Of a stretch of 34,403 bases of DNA, positions 1 to 10,042 are shown piece after piece; positions within the stretch are counted from its first letter, which is position 1, and each line of letters opens with the position of its first letter. The DNA lies in assembly GCA_964615185.1 (NCBI GenBank), contig CAZTOS010000016.1, forward strand, positions 1 through 34,403, read 5' to 3'. Origin of the DNA: an uncultured Thermococci archaeon (GTDB lineage: Archaea; Methanobacteriota_B; Thermococci; Thermococcales; Thermococcaceae). A model generated the notes under the pieces. The model did no database searches and was not told the DNA's origin. It saw only the letters and a list, made by a program, of their open reading frames with translations. The translations under genes were made by a program, and so were the position numbers.

Positions 1-110
1 TCGTATTCCTTCCCTGTAATTTGATACTTATTCATTGGCAAAAGTTGTATTTATCAATTTCCACAAAAATACTTTAAGGGTCAAAGAGATTCTCCATACC
101 GGGAGCAATA

Positions 111-1343
111 ATGTTAAGAAAAGCAAAGATTCTGATCCTTTTTATGAGTTCCCTAATATTCCTCTCAAATATTTCCTTAGCCTGCATTTGTCCATACAAA
201 GACGGATTCATCATTGGTTACGCTACATGGAAGTGGACATCCCACGGAGCAGAAGGAAAGAGGGCAATCCTCTTTTATAACGGCTCATTCTACGATATAA
301 CTCCAAGGAGATTAAAGATAGATCCTGCCAGTTCTGACCAGTTCTTTATGAATGGAATTGCCTGCGGAGCCACTAAAGACAAGGTAATCATCGCCAGCGA
401 AAATGGATACCTCATTTACACCTCTTTGACAGATTATTCCCTCAGATGGGAGTATGACAATTTTGGGACTGAGCATCCTGTTAAAGTTGTATGCTCACCA
501 AAACTCTGCCTCATTGAACGCTACAACTACCCAAAAGGCTCTGGGTTGCCCGGCTATACTTATGTCGTGATGTTTAATGGAACCAGCATAAACCACATAA
601 GTGAAAGTTCCTTCATAGCAGAACTCTTCAATGTAACAAACTGGAAACAGCTTGCCTTTGACAGCAAGTTTTTCATAAAAACCACCATCCCTGCCTATGA
701 TCCTGGAGGAGACAAATTCTACATCCTCCTGAGCGGATTTGTAAACACAACGTACTTTTCTTTGATAGCATCTTACAATGGGAATTTTCACCTTGAAGGC
801 TTTCTCCCCTCACCATATAATTTATCCGATGAATATGCAATCTGGAGAAACTATTACAGAGATTTTGCCTGCTTAAACGGTGAGTGTTACATTCTAATGA
901 AGGGAGGGAAGCTCGTAATCTGGCAAAACGGGGAAATCAAAGAAATGCAATTGAGCTATAACGCATCAAGGATTTTTATCCTCAATGGGGGTGTATTTAT
1001 AGGCCGTGAAGGATTATCAAAGCTTGTAGGCAAATGGTTGGCCCCATATGTCTCAGATATTGCGTACAATCAAGGGAAATTTTTAATCCAGCTTTCTGAT
1101 GGTACTTTATATCTTTTAGAGAATGGAAAACTAAAGAAACTATGGGTTGAGACAAAAGATGTCAAAAGTGAAACTATTCCAATTACCTCAACTCCATCTG
1201 GAATAAAGAATTTAACAACCTCAACCACCTTAGAAACACAAAAAAGCTATCATATCAACTATGATACTGTCATGCTTCTTGGCTTTATCCTTCTAATCAC
1301 TGCTATGTTAGGGCTTCTGATATGGAAGAAAAGGGAAAAATAA
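111..1343 (+). CDS. Secreted/surface protein with signal peptide, Thr/Ser-rich linker and C-terminal membrane anchor
   Basis: 410 aa ORF; hydrophobic N-terminus, beta-rich body, TSTPS/TTSTT linker, C-terminal TM followed by basic tail KKREK. Confidence 0.75.
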   Translation: MLRKAKILILFMSSLIFLSNISLACICPYKDGFIIGYATWKWTSHGAEGKRAILFYNGSFYDITPRRLKIDPASSDQFFMNGIACGATKDKVIIASENGYLIYTSLTDYSLRWEYDNFGTEHPVKVVCSPKLCLIERYNYPKGSGLPGYTYVVMFNGTSINHISESSFIAELFNVTNWKQLAFDSKFFIKTTIPAYDPGGDKFYILLSGFVNTTYFSLIASYNGNFHLEGFLPSPYNLSDEYAIWRNYYRDFACLNGECYILMKGGKLVIWQNGEIKEMQLSYNASRIFILNGGVFIGREGLSKLVGKWLAPYVSDIAYNQGKFLIQLSDGTLYLLENGKLKKLWVETKDVKSETIPITSTPSGIKNLTTSTTLETQKSYHINYDTVMLLGFILLITAMLGLLIWKKREK

Positions 1344-1418
1344 CCAATAATATCAACAACTTTAGTATAGTCGCTTAAAATACCACAAAGAGTTAAAATG
1401 TTCAAACCGTATTAGAAA

Positions 1419-2237
1419 ATGGTGGTACTCATGGTGGAGTTCATGAAGCTTTTGGAGGAGGCTTGGTATAGAAAATCTGATTTCATCCCGTTAATGTTAA
1501 TTCCAATGATCACAAGTCTCTTTTCACTTAACAATATTAAGAGGGTGTTGGACTTTCATGGATTTCACATCGGCGTTAAATTTCTCTTTCCAGAGGATAT
1601 ACCCAATCTCTGGAGTTTTGTCTCACTTCCAAATCCAAAGCCCGGAATAAACATCACTCTCGCAGGAGTCATCTCACTAATAGCTTTCACAATCATTGGG
1701 GCTTACCTAGCAGCCGGTTACCTCGGAAGCATAAAGCAGGGGCTTGAAAGTAGGACTTATGAGTTCTCCCACAATGCTGGAAAATACTTTATAGAAATGC
1801 TGAAGTTCAGGGTTCTAATACTCCTGATTCTATTTGCAATGATGGGCCTTGCATTGATAACTCCACTATTTGTACTCCTCGCACTCCCAATGATGATTTT
1901 CCTGACATATTTAATCTACGGAACTCCTTACCTCATAGTTTCTCAAGAACTAACGTTTGAGGAAGCACTTAGAAAAAGCTTGGACTTGGCTCTTAACGGA
2001 GGAAAATACGCTGAATACGGTATAAAATACCTCCTTTTTGCCATTCCAATATCAATAGTCATGACACTTTTGACAGTTAACCTAAACATCATTGGTATAA
2101 TTTTCGGAATCCTAATTACAGCCCCAATATCACTAACACTCACAACCACAACAATGACATTTTTCCTAGAGTATCTGAAACTTGGACACAAAGAATCTCC
2201 AGGTTTCATCACACCAACAGAATCCTCCTCAGACTAA
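1419..2237 (+). CDS. Polytopic membrane protein of unknown function
   Basis: 272 aa ORF with about six hydrophobic segments; start could also be 1431 or 1443. Confidence 0.75.
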   Translation: MVVLMVEFMKLLEEAWYRKSDFIPLMLIPMITSLFSLNNIKRVLDFHGFHIGVKFLFPEDIPNLWSFVSLPNPKPGINITLAGVISLIAFTIIGAYLAAGYLGSIKQGLESRTYEFSHNAGKYFIEMLKFRVLILLILFAMMGLALITPLFVLLALPMMIFLTYLIYGTPYLIVSQELTFEEALRKSLDLALNGGKYAEYGIKYLLFAIPISIVMTLLTVNLNIIGIIFGILITAPISLTLTTTTMTFFLEYLKLGHKESPGFITPTESSSD

Positions 2238-2364
2238 GGAATCAAGTCAAAAATACAGCATTAAACAAGAGAAAGCAAGGCTAAACAGAAATATTAGTAG
2301 CAGGGCCCATAGTTGTTAGGGGATTCTTTGGTGGGGTTTTATAGATATCCTAATTAAGGAGCAT

Positions 2365-2389
2365 GAGAGACGTGTTTATCACCTGCAAT
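2365..2389 (+). repeat. Repeat family A copy 1 (GAGAGACGTGTTTATCACCTGCAAT), putative Orc1/Cdc6 binding box
   Basis: Matches consensus TGTTTATCAYYTGYA; lies just past the cdc6 stop codon. Confidence 0.8.
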
Positions 2390-2414
2390 AACTTCAAAAA
2401 GTAGAAATAAAACA

Positions 2415-3674
2415 TTAGACAATTCCCCGCACACGGATTTCCCGGAAAACGGGGTTTGTAACATGGTCAAGAGTCCTGCCGAATTTCTCACTGAGAACTT
2501 TTTCCACCAAATTCAAAATTTTTACAGGCTCTTCTTCAATGTGAAATATTAATGTCTTGCCTCTTCCTCTCCCTAGGCCCTTCTCTTTGGAGGTTACCAA
2601 GCCCTGGGTCTCAAGCTTTGGAGTTATGTAATGCATCACATGGCGCATTGTACGGGGTGTCCACTCCAACTCATCACAAGCAATTTTGTAGAGATGGTAA
2701 ACAGTCCCGGTCATCGGCGTTATGCCAGAATCTTCAAGAAATGCTATTGCCCATAGGACAATGAGCTGGTCCAAGTCAAAGCCCTGAATGGTCTCCTTAA
2801 GCATGTCCTTATCAACAATTTCAACAGCTTTCCAAATTATATTCTCAGTGACTTTGTTAGTAGCCAAAAGACCAGCCTCTTTCAGAACTCTAAAGCCCCA
2901 TCTTAAATCTTTTCCACTCCTCTTTATTAAAGCAGCCAACAGTTTGGGAACAGCCTCATCAACGGTTCCAGGCTTGAAGGCTTTTTCAACTCTATCCTTC
3001 AAGATTTCGGCAAGTTCTATTGCATTGTATTCCCTGAAGTAAACAATCTCCGGAATGAACTTGGATCGGGTAAAATACTCCAGCTTCTGAAGAATATCTG
3101 TTCTATTGGAAATAACAGCAAAAGCCACATTTTCCTTTCCAGTAAGTTCGTCAAGCCTTGACATTCTGTAAATCAGAGCATTCATGGGCTCTTCTCTGTC
3201 ACGGGCTGAGCGTTTTATCTTGTCAATCTCATCAAAGATGAAAACATAAGTGCCAATGCTCTTTTTAAGATGTTTTGCAAGAGCATCAACAGCCTCACCA
3301 ACACCGAGCCCTCTGCTGGGAAAGTCAACCCCCAGTTCATGAAGCAGAGAGACTATGATCTGATAGTAGGTCTTGTCCTTACAGTTTACATATATCATTT
3401 CTGAATCAATCTCCTGTTCCTTGGCGAATGAGTTGTAGGATCTGGCTATAAGTTGGATGGCATGTGTTTTACCGGTTCCAGGTGGACCATGAATTAACAG
3501 ATTTCCAGGATGTATTCCTCTCAGGAATCTTCCAAAGTGTCTGGTTATTCGGGCTATCTCCTCTTCTCTAAATAAAAGATGATCTGGAATATAACTCTCA
3601 CTGAGAACTCCAGGATTTATAAGAATTGTCTCCCTCCTTATCTCCTCTTCAAGGATTTTTCGTGGGTCCATCAT
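2415..3674 (-). CDS. cdc6: Orc1/Cdc6 family replication initiator (mobile-element type)
   Basis: YIPDHLLFREEE N-terminal motif, Walker A GPPGTGKT, Walker B FIFDEID, GKDLR sensor-2, C-terminal wHTH with GRGRGKT wing; start moved to ATG 3674 behind a GGTGAT RBS. Confidence 0.92.
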   Translation of the reverse strand: MMDPRKILEEEIRRETILINPGVLSESYIPDHLLFREEEIARITRHFGRFLRGIHPGNLLIHGPPGTGKTHAIQLIARSYNSFAKEQEIDSEMIYVNCKDKTYYQIIVSLLHELGVDFPSRGLGVGEAVDALAKHLKKSIGTYVFIFDEIDKIKRSARDREEPMNALIYRMSRLDELTGKENVAFAVISNRTDILQKLEYFTRSKFIPEIVYFREYNAIELAEILKDRVEKAFKPGTVDEAVPKLLAALIKRSGKDLRWGFRVLKEAGLLATNKVTENIIWKAVEIVDKDMLKETIQGFDLDQLIVLWAIAFLEDSGITPMTGTVYHLYKIACDELEWTPRTMRHVMHYITPKLETQGLVTSKEKGLGRGRGKTLIFHIEEEPVKILNLVEKVLSEKFGRTLDHVTNPVFREIRVRGIV

Positions 3675-3714
3675 AAGGATCACCAAGACTAATATGATAA
3701 GCAACTTTTGGGGT

Positions 3715-3800
3715 TGTTTATCATTTGTAACTCTAAGGATATAAACCTTGTGATGGTCAGCAACCAAGCTTAGAGAAAGGAGAGGTGTTTATCATTTGTA
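3715..3800 (+). promoter_or_regulatory. Two family A boxes (TGTTTATCATTTGTA at 3715-3729 and 3786-3800) in the cdc6 upstream region
   Basis: Identical 15-mers about 40 and 110 bp upstream of the cdc6 start. Confidence 0.75.
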
Positions 3801-4026
3801 TTTACTCCCAAATATGGTTAAAATGCTTCTCCCTATTGCTTCTTTTGTATGAGCGTAGAGTCACAGGCTGTGCCAAACTCAATGAGCTTAAAATTTGCTC
3901 TCGTGGTGTTCCCGAGTTTTAATACTTTGAATTGCATTATCCTAGAAAGAGCATTGTAATGCTAATATTTTACAACAGAAAAAGACAACAAATGAGAAAC
4001 TTTAAATGAGTGAAATTAAACAAAAG

Positions 4027-4722
4027 TTAAACAATATTGAATGTTAGAATGTCTTTGAATAATTCCCTAAGTTTTTCTCCTAATTGCGGATTCTCGATAA
4101 GGAACCTCTCTATTTCATCTGCAAGGGCTCTTGGATGAATAGCATAGACAAAGGGTTTATCTCGATATTCAATAAGTACTAAAACTCTACCGCTCTCATC
4201 AATACTCTCCATGATTTCTTTTACAGCCTTATTGACTTCTTCACTTTCTTTTAAGATATCAACTCCGTAATGCACATGATTTAAGATTTTTCCAAAGACG
4301 TTTTCATCAAAGAACTCCTTATCCATGCTTTCAATGTTGTCAATATACTCAGTAAGGAGCTCCTTAACAAAAGGTTCCGACACTGCTGCAATGAAACCAT
4401 CTCCCATGTGGAATTGTACATTTATCACACCAATTTCCCCATTCACTAGCTGCGCTCAATGGTCCAGTTGAAAACATCAGCAGTAATGTCTATTGCAAGA
4501 AATAGTTTTCTTTAGCTGGTCTATCTATAAAACAGGAGGGCACTCCAATTGAAATATCTTCCCGATTTCTAAGGCAGCATTGAAGGAATTCCTTAGCTAG
4601 CTTTTCAAATTCCTTTATTTTCTCTTGTTTTCTTCTTCAGGTACATTGAAGTTTATCTCAGAGATCTTATCATCCATATCTATCTCAAAACCATTCTTTC
4701 TAAAGGTCTTTCTGATAAACAT
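4027..4722 (-). pseudogene. Probable frameshifted gene; C-terminal 139 aa ORF (4027-4446) remains open
   Basis: GGAGG RBS and ATG at 4722 give MFIRKTFRKNGFEID..., which stops after 35 codons; protein-like sequence continues in shifted frames (EKIKEFEKLAKEFLQ...) up to the 4446 ORF. Confidence 0.5.
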
Positions 4723-4781
4723 AATATCTTACCCTCCTTGAGATTGCGTAAATTTTTGAACGTGATCCTTGCGTTCTATTT

Positions 4782-7367
4782 TTATATTATTCCATGGTCT
4801 TTGAGTTCGTTAATTATAGGTTGAAGATATTCAACAAGTGAAGGATCCTTAGATAGTTTTCTCTTAATTGTTTTAGAAACATCTACTTTTGAAAAATCTC
4901 CGAGTCCATATTTTTTAAACTTTTTATCAAGCAATTCTGTTATCTTTTCTTGAGATTTTGTCTCCATAATACTTTTGATAGCATCATTGAGCTTTTTTAT
5001 CTTGGAAGGATCATGAATGAAGATCCCAAAATAGCAATCAGAAACACATTTTAAGTAAAATTCCTTATCAATCAGATCTTCGATTTCTTGATTCTTATTT
5101 CCCAAGAATACTAGTTCATAATCTTTTTTCTTCTCTTTATGACAGACTTCTTTTTCTGTCTCTTTCTTCTCTTCATCTTTTATATCTTCAAACTCTTGCC
5201 TTTTGTCCCCATCTAAAACAAAATAATGTTTAAGTTTGTTATCATGCCTACCGTATAAGCACTCCAATTGCTCGATTCTTTTTACTATTTCATTTTTATC
5301 AATACCATCCCCACCAGAAAGAGGATAGATATACCACTTCTCTGGTAAAACTCCAGCTTTTTGTAAACCTTCAAAAATGAATTTATCCGAAATGCCTTCT
5401 ACGAATAAAATTCCACCAAATTTTTCAATAAAATCCTCAAAAATTAATTTATCAAATCCCAATGCATATCTTATCGGAGCAATAATATCCTTCTTTTCAT
5501 TTGTCCATGGCTTTTGAATGGTTGTCCTATTTTCTTCATCTAGTTGTACCAACAAAACCCTATCTAATTCTCGTTCGTCAAAAAGAGATATCAGATGCGT
5601 GTTATATAATATCTGAACGTTCTTTGAAACCTCATTGATTGTTTTGAGAAAGTCCTTTTGTCCTCGTTCATGTAAAAAGACAGCAGGATCATCTAATAGC
5701 AAAACTATATCTTTATTTTCACCCCTTATTCTTAAATATTCTAAAGTTATGAGATATGCAAGATACCATTTAAATCCTCTAGATCTTGCTTCTGGAGGAG
5801 TCCTTTTTCCTGGAATAGGCCTGTGGTCATCATCTAACTCAACGATTTCGAAAGAAATACCTTTCTCCCAAACATTACAGGTAATATATACTTTTTGTTG
5901 TTCCCACAAATCTTCGAGAGTTCTTGAAAACTCATCTAGCCTATTATGAAGAAAGGTATTCTGGTTAGGTACATCCATTTCATCAAATTTCTCTAAGTCA
6001 ATTTTTAGGAGTTTAAATAGCCTTGCGTTAATTACGTAGTCTCCTTCCTCCTCATTAAGAGTTTGACTCCATTTTCCAGCTTTTCGTACAACTCCCTTTA
6101 GCTCCATTTCTTCTGATAGATAAACAAAATCTGGCCTTAATTTAGCTAGAGCCATGATCACAATTTTTTCGAACTGGTTTGTTGTCACAAGTTCTTTAAT
6201 TTTATTGATTTTTGATGTCATATTGTTATATAGTTTTATAAATAAACTACGAGGATTGAGAGGAGGCTTAATAGGATAAGAACGTCCACTAATATTTAAG
6301 GAAGAAATATTTGTACTCGAAGAGTTTTGTAGTTTCTGATGAAGGTCTTGTTTTACCGCCTCAAACCTTTCTATAATCCCTTTGTTTTTGGTAGATTTGT
6401 CAATCTCTTCTAATTTATTAACGACTGAGGTTATAGTGTTTAAGAAATTAGGGTTGTTCTTAACAGCTTCAATTCCTTTCGGGATTACCTCGGGGGGTAT
6501 ATTATTAGATTCCAAGATGTTTCTTACTTCAGCCTCAAACATGTTAATAAAAAGATCGGAAAGAGGAATACTTAATATAGATATCCTTATGATTTCTATG
6601 AGTATGTCCATGAGCTCTTCTAGTCTACTGTTTAACTCTGCATCATAAAAATCAACGCCAAAACGTCCATCCTCATATTTTTCAAGTTTAAGGAACCTAA
6701 TGGTTCCAAAATCTATTAGAGATGATGGTAGTTTTTTGAATTCAAAACCTACATTATCAAGTGATTTTTTAGCCCCATCTGTAAGAGAAGGTGCTACTAA
6801 AATTCCGCGGATATTCCCGTACTTTTCTCTTAGAGAGTCAACATAGGTCTCAAGTCGACGAACAGAAGTTAAATCAGCCCTTTTATTTACAATTTCAACA
6901 ACAACCAAAGCACCTTTTTTATCCTTACAAATCACGTCTACTATACCACTCGGTGTTTTCGTTTCCAGAGAGATAGGGACAAGCCCTAGTTCTTTTACAA
7001 TACTATAAAAGTCTGTCAATAGATTTGTTTTAAGAGTAAGAGGATACTCTCCAAGTATTTTTTGGACTTCAGATTCTATCACAAAATTTAACAGTTCTCT
7101 AAACTTTTCTCTGTTAATTATTTCAAAATATGCCTCCACAATAGGTTGATCAATTTTTTCAATACTTGCCCGTAGATCTACAGGGATATCCTCATCTTTC
7201 ATACGGGAATCTGTTCCGAACCAATTTAATGCTCTTAGTATGTTAGACTTTCCACTTTCATTTGGTCCAACTAATACAGTTACATCTCCAATATTGTTGA
7301 GATGCACTTCTCGTATTGATCTGAAATTCCTAATAATCACTTTAACAAGATAAAGAACTCTAGGCAT
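4782..7367 (-). CDS. OLD-family ATP-dependent nuclease (ABC ATPase + TOPRIM) with inserted NucS-like PD-(D/E)xK domain
   Basis: IRNFRSI, Walker A GPNESGKS, SRGFKW signature, Walker B LLLDDP, H-loop NTH, TOPRIM VEGISD...GG...LDGD; insert GIVDVICKDKKGALVVVEI...RGILVAPSLTDGAKK resembles the NucS C-terminal domain. Confidence 0.85.
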   Translation of the reverse strand: MPRVLYLVKVIIRNFRSIREVHLNNIGDVTVLVGPNESGKSNILRALNWFGTDSRMKDEDIPVDLRASIEKIDQPIVEAYFEIINREKFRELLNFVIESEVQKILGEYPLTLKTNLLTDFYSIVKELGLVPISLETKTPSGIVDVICKDKKGALVVVEIVNKRADLTSVRRLETYVDSLREKYGNIRGILVAPSLTDGAKKSLDNVGFEFKKLPSSLIDFGTIRFLKLEKYEDGRFGVDFYDAELNSRLEELMDILIEIIRISILSIPLSDLFINMFEAEVRNILESNNIPPEVIPKGIEAVKNNPNFLNTITSVVNKLEEIDKSTKNKGIIERFEAVKQDLHQKLQNSSSTNISSLNISGRSYPIKPPLNPRSLFIKLYNNMTSKINKIKELVTTNQFEKIVIMALAKLRPDFVYLSEEMELKGVVRKAGKWSQTLNEEEGDYVINARLFKLLKIDLEKFDEMDVPNQNTFLHNRLDEFSRTLEDLWEQQKVYITCNVWEKGISFEIVELDDDHRPIPGKRTPPEARSRGFKWYLAYLITLEYLRIRGENKDIVLLLDDPAVFLHERGQKDFLKTINEVSKNVQILYNTHLISLFDERELDRVLLVQLDEENRTTIQKPWTNEKKDIIAPIRYALGFDKLIFEDFIEKFGGILFVEGISDKFIFEGLQKAGVLPEKWYIYPLSGGDGIDKNEIVKRIEQLECLYGRHDNKLKHYFVLDGDKRQEFEDIKDEEKKETEKEVCHKEKKKDYELVFLGNKNQEIEDLIDKEFYLKCVSDCYFGIFIHDPSKIKKLNDAIKSIMETKSQEKITELLDKKFKKYGLGDFSKVDVSKTIKRKLSKDPSLVEYLQPIINELKDHGII

Positions 7368-7792
7368 AATTATCACATATTATTTTACCAAACTTTGAAT
7401 ATTAAAAAGTTTCTTTTTCCAAAGGTATACCACTATACTTCTCAACTGATGCTCCTCTCTGATATATGATTCTTTATCTTAATTATGATGAACCTTTACT
7501 TTCTCTTTAGAGTTGCATTGAATAACCGGATTATTCGCTACTATTTGAATACATCTAAGAAAGGCCTAAGAGTAGGAAATGATGTGTACCGAGTAAAACT
7601 TGAGGTACTCGGAAGATCTTGGCCTCAACTATTTTTGGAAGTTCCTTTTACCTTTTAATGCTGGTATTAACTCCATAGAACTTGTAAAATATGAAAAAGA
7701 GAACAGAATGAGTTAAACTAACGAAAAAATCAAAAAGTTAAACAATCTCATAACCCACAATTTCATTAAAGAAAAACATCTGAGCAAATTTC

Positions 7793-8280
7793 GAATTGCA
7801 TTTAATACAATTCATGTTCTCAGCATATGAAGACTCGTGTTTATCATTTGTATCTACTAACGCCAGTAGTGTCAATAGGAGCGATATATGGTTCCATTTC
7901 CCCTAAATAGCAAGACTCATCTCATATCGTACAACCATTGAATAAATACACACAGACACATGTTTATCACTTGTAACTATTATCGGAAATCCCCATAACT
8001 GAAACCCTAAATCAAAAACAAAAAGTTTATATAGCTCTACTGACTATAAACAAACAGTGTATATACTATTCTATTTATCTAGGTTATTTAGAAGGATAGA
8101 GAGAAAATAGAGACGTGTTTATCACTTGTATTACTTATAATAATAGTATAAATGAGGTGAATTCAAGAATTTTTGATAGAAATGCAGTGTTCTGGAGTTA
8201 CATGACTTTTTCCGAAAGTCTGTTACAAATGATAAACATCTCTCTGTCTCTACTATGTTGAATTGCTTTTAATACAATTC
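7793..8280. other. Putative replication origin: four family A boxes plus AT-rich spacer, bracketed by two palindromes
   Basis: Boxes at 7838-7852, 7961-7975, 8116-8130 (+) and 8224-8238 (-); palindromes at 7793-7813 and 8260-8280; no ORF in the track for 7377-8293. Confidence 0.65.
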
Positions 8281-8293
8281 GAGTAGTCATAAG

Positions 8294-9046
8294 TTATTGC
8301 TTTCCAACAAAGGAGAACTCAAGGTTTCTGATAAACTTCTCTAAATCTTTACTTCTAAGCCCTCTTTCTGCGAGCATGTTTCTGAGCATCAGTAGTTTTT
8401 CATAAAATAACCCGACAAGCCATTCAAACTTGTCTGGCTCAATGAGGGCTTTTTGGGCGTTGAGTTCATCAAGAATTGTACTGAAATTTATGCCGTGTTC
8501 AAGTAAGCGAAGTAAATCATCGATGTCTTTGATCCTACTGAGGGATGTCACACCTTTGAACAAGAATATGTCCTCAAGAGAGACCAGCTGGATTCTGAGA
8601 ACTTTTAAATTTCTAAACTCGTTTGGGATTATTGAGCGAGTTTTCATACCCTCTGAAAGTGCTATTCCCCTCAGAACTCTTTTTACAAAGACATCAAGAG
8701 TAAAATCGCTCATCCTTGGGTCGAGCTTTTTATAGACTGAAAAAGCTCCAAGTTTCACTTTGTATTCATGTTCGACTTCTTTTATATAAATGACCATTAC
8801 TCCTGGACCTACCCTAAGTTTGGGTGAGGGATTTGTGAGGACTTCATCAAGAGCTTTTAGAATATGAACATTTTCAACGATAATATCAATATCAACTGTT
8901 GCCTCTTTTATGCCCCTTAGTGCGAGATTGCCGCCACCTATGAGGTAAAGGGTTATCCTTTTAGGGATAACTCCTTGGGCAGCCAGCAGTTCAGCTTTCT
9001 CATCCAGCAGAGTAAACTCTTCAATCAATCTTTCTCTTGTTATCAT
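8294..9046 (-). CDS. Pol-beta superfamily nucleotidyltransferase (AbiEii-like), putative toxin
   Basis: YLIGGGNL...ATVDIDI motif, EDIFLFK...KDIDDL C-terminal motif; start at ATG 9046 with GGAGGT RBS, overlapping the upstream gene. Confidence 0.8.
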   Translation of the reverse strand: MITRERLIEEFTLLDEKAELLAAQGVIPKRITLYLIGGGNLALRGIKEATVDIDIIVENVHILKALDEVLTNPSPKLRVGPGVMVIYIKEVEHEYKVKLGAFSVYKKLDPRMSDFTLDVFVKRVLRGIALSEGMKTRSIIPNEFRNLKVLRIQLVSLEDIFLFKGVTSLSRIKDIDDLLRLLEHGINFSTILDELNAQKALIEPDKFEWLVGLFYEKLLMLRNMLAERGLRSKDLEKFIRNLEFSFVGKQ

Positions 9047-9971
9047 TTTCACGACCTCCAAAGTACTGACGATAAAGTTCTTTAACTTCGTCCCGGGAAG
9101 GGAATGGGTAACCTTTCTCTTCTCCATTGAGATATTGGAGAATCTCATCAACGATTTTGAGAACATCAAACTTAAGGGCAAGGTGTCTGAGCTTAGCAGC
9201 ACTGAATCTCTTAGCCTTCAGGAGGGTTATAATGTAAAGGAGATCTCTTGTATCAGGCTCTGTAACAGCCAGCGCATGAACAACGGCCTCTTCCATTGTT
9301 ATTCTCTTAGATGGCCAGTAATAGTGATAAACTCCTGCTGAAACTATGCTGAGACCAAAGTCCCCAAACCGGGACAAGCCTGTAAGCTGAAATGAGCCCC
9401 ATGCCGTACCTTTGAAGCTTCTCGTGGCGAGAATGAATTCGTTAACACCGCTCCATACAACTACTGCATCCTCACTAAAGCTCTTGGCTTTTATTGAATT
9501 CTGTAGGTGGAAATATTCATCGGCAAATTCCTTAATGAGTGAAAAACGCTCTGTGATGAAGTAACCCTCTTCGTTTTTCCCGACGATAAGTCTTTCCATT
9601 AACTCGGCCAAAACATGATGCACAGTGTAGCGGTTTACGTTAGCTTTCAGAGCAATCTCCCATGCTGGTCTTGGCTTTTCAACACCCATCCCACCAATGA
9701 CTTTGAGCTTTCTACCGGCAAGAAGAGAGGTAAAGTCTATGTGGGGGAATTTGGCTAAGAGTTCATGGTAAACTTCGAGCGGCTTAGTATTGGAAGGGAG
9801 AAGTATACTCTTTCTGCCTTCTCTTTTTCTCTCTATAAGACCTTTCCTTTCGAGAGATTTGGCGATTATAGAAAGCCTTGCCCTCGAAAGACCTAGTTGA
9901 GTAGAGAGTTCTTTAAGGGATGTTGGTTTATGAAGGGCTGAGAGAATCTTGAGCTCTGCTCGAGTAAGCAT
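9021..9971 (-). CDS. Tandem wHTH regulator, putative antitoxin partner of the nucleotidyltransferase
   Basis: N-terminal ArsR/MarR-like wHTH (SLKELSTQLGLSRARLS...LERKGLI), a second HTH, overlap with the downstream NTase gene. Confidence 0.78.
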   Translation of the reverse strand: MLTRAELKILSALHKPTSLKELSTQLGLSRARLSIIAKSLERKGLIERKREGRKSILLPSNTKPLEVYHELLAKFPHIDFTSLLAGRKLKVIGGMGVEKPRPAWEIALKANVNRYTVHHVLAELMERLIVGKNEEGYFITERFSLIKEFADEYFHLQNSIKAKSFSEDAVVVWSGVNEFILATRSFKGTAWGSFQLTGLSRFGDFGLSIVSAGVYHYYWPSKRITMEEAVVHALAVTEPDTRDLLYIITLLKAKRFSAAKLRHLALKFDVLKIVDEILQYLNGEEKGYPFPSRDEVKELYRQYFGGRENDNKRKID

Positions 9972-9980
9972 GATATCACC

Positions 9981-10028
9981 GTGCCAAAATTGTTAAACAT
10001 TTTATAAAAACTTTTTGATTTTTGGCAC
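9981..10028. promoter_or_regulatory. Inverted-repeat operator GTGCCAAAA...TTTTGGCAC around a TATA-like TTTATAAA
   Basis: Perfect 9-bp arms at 9981-9989 and 10020-10028, immediately upstream of the wHTH gene. Confidence 0.6.
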
Positions 10029-10042
10029 TATCTTTTTAGTAA

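Noticed and set aside
2303..2340. GGGCCCATAG as a tRNA 5' end or att site
   Set aside because: No D-arm, TTCGAA T-loop or matching acceptor stem follows, and no second copy was seen
4713..4722. TGTTTATCA on the minus strand as a ninth family A box
   Set aside because: Only 9 bp match, no TTGTA tail; explained by the start codons ATG TTT ATC
7838..8238. Family A repeats as a CRISPR array
   Set aside because: Cores are only 15-25 bp, spacing is irregular and over 90 bp, orientation is mixed, and no cas genes are present
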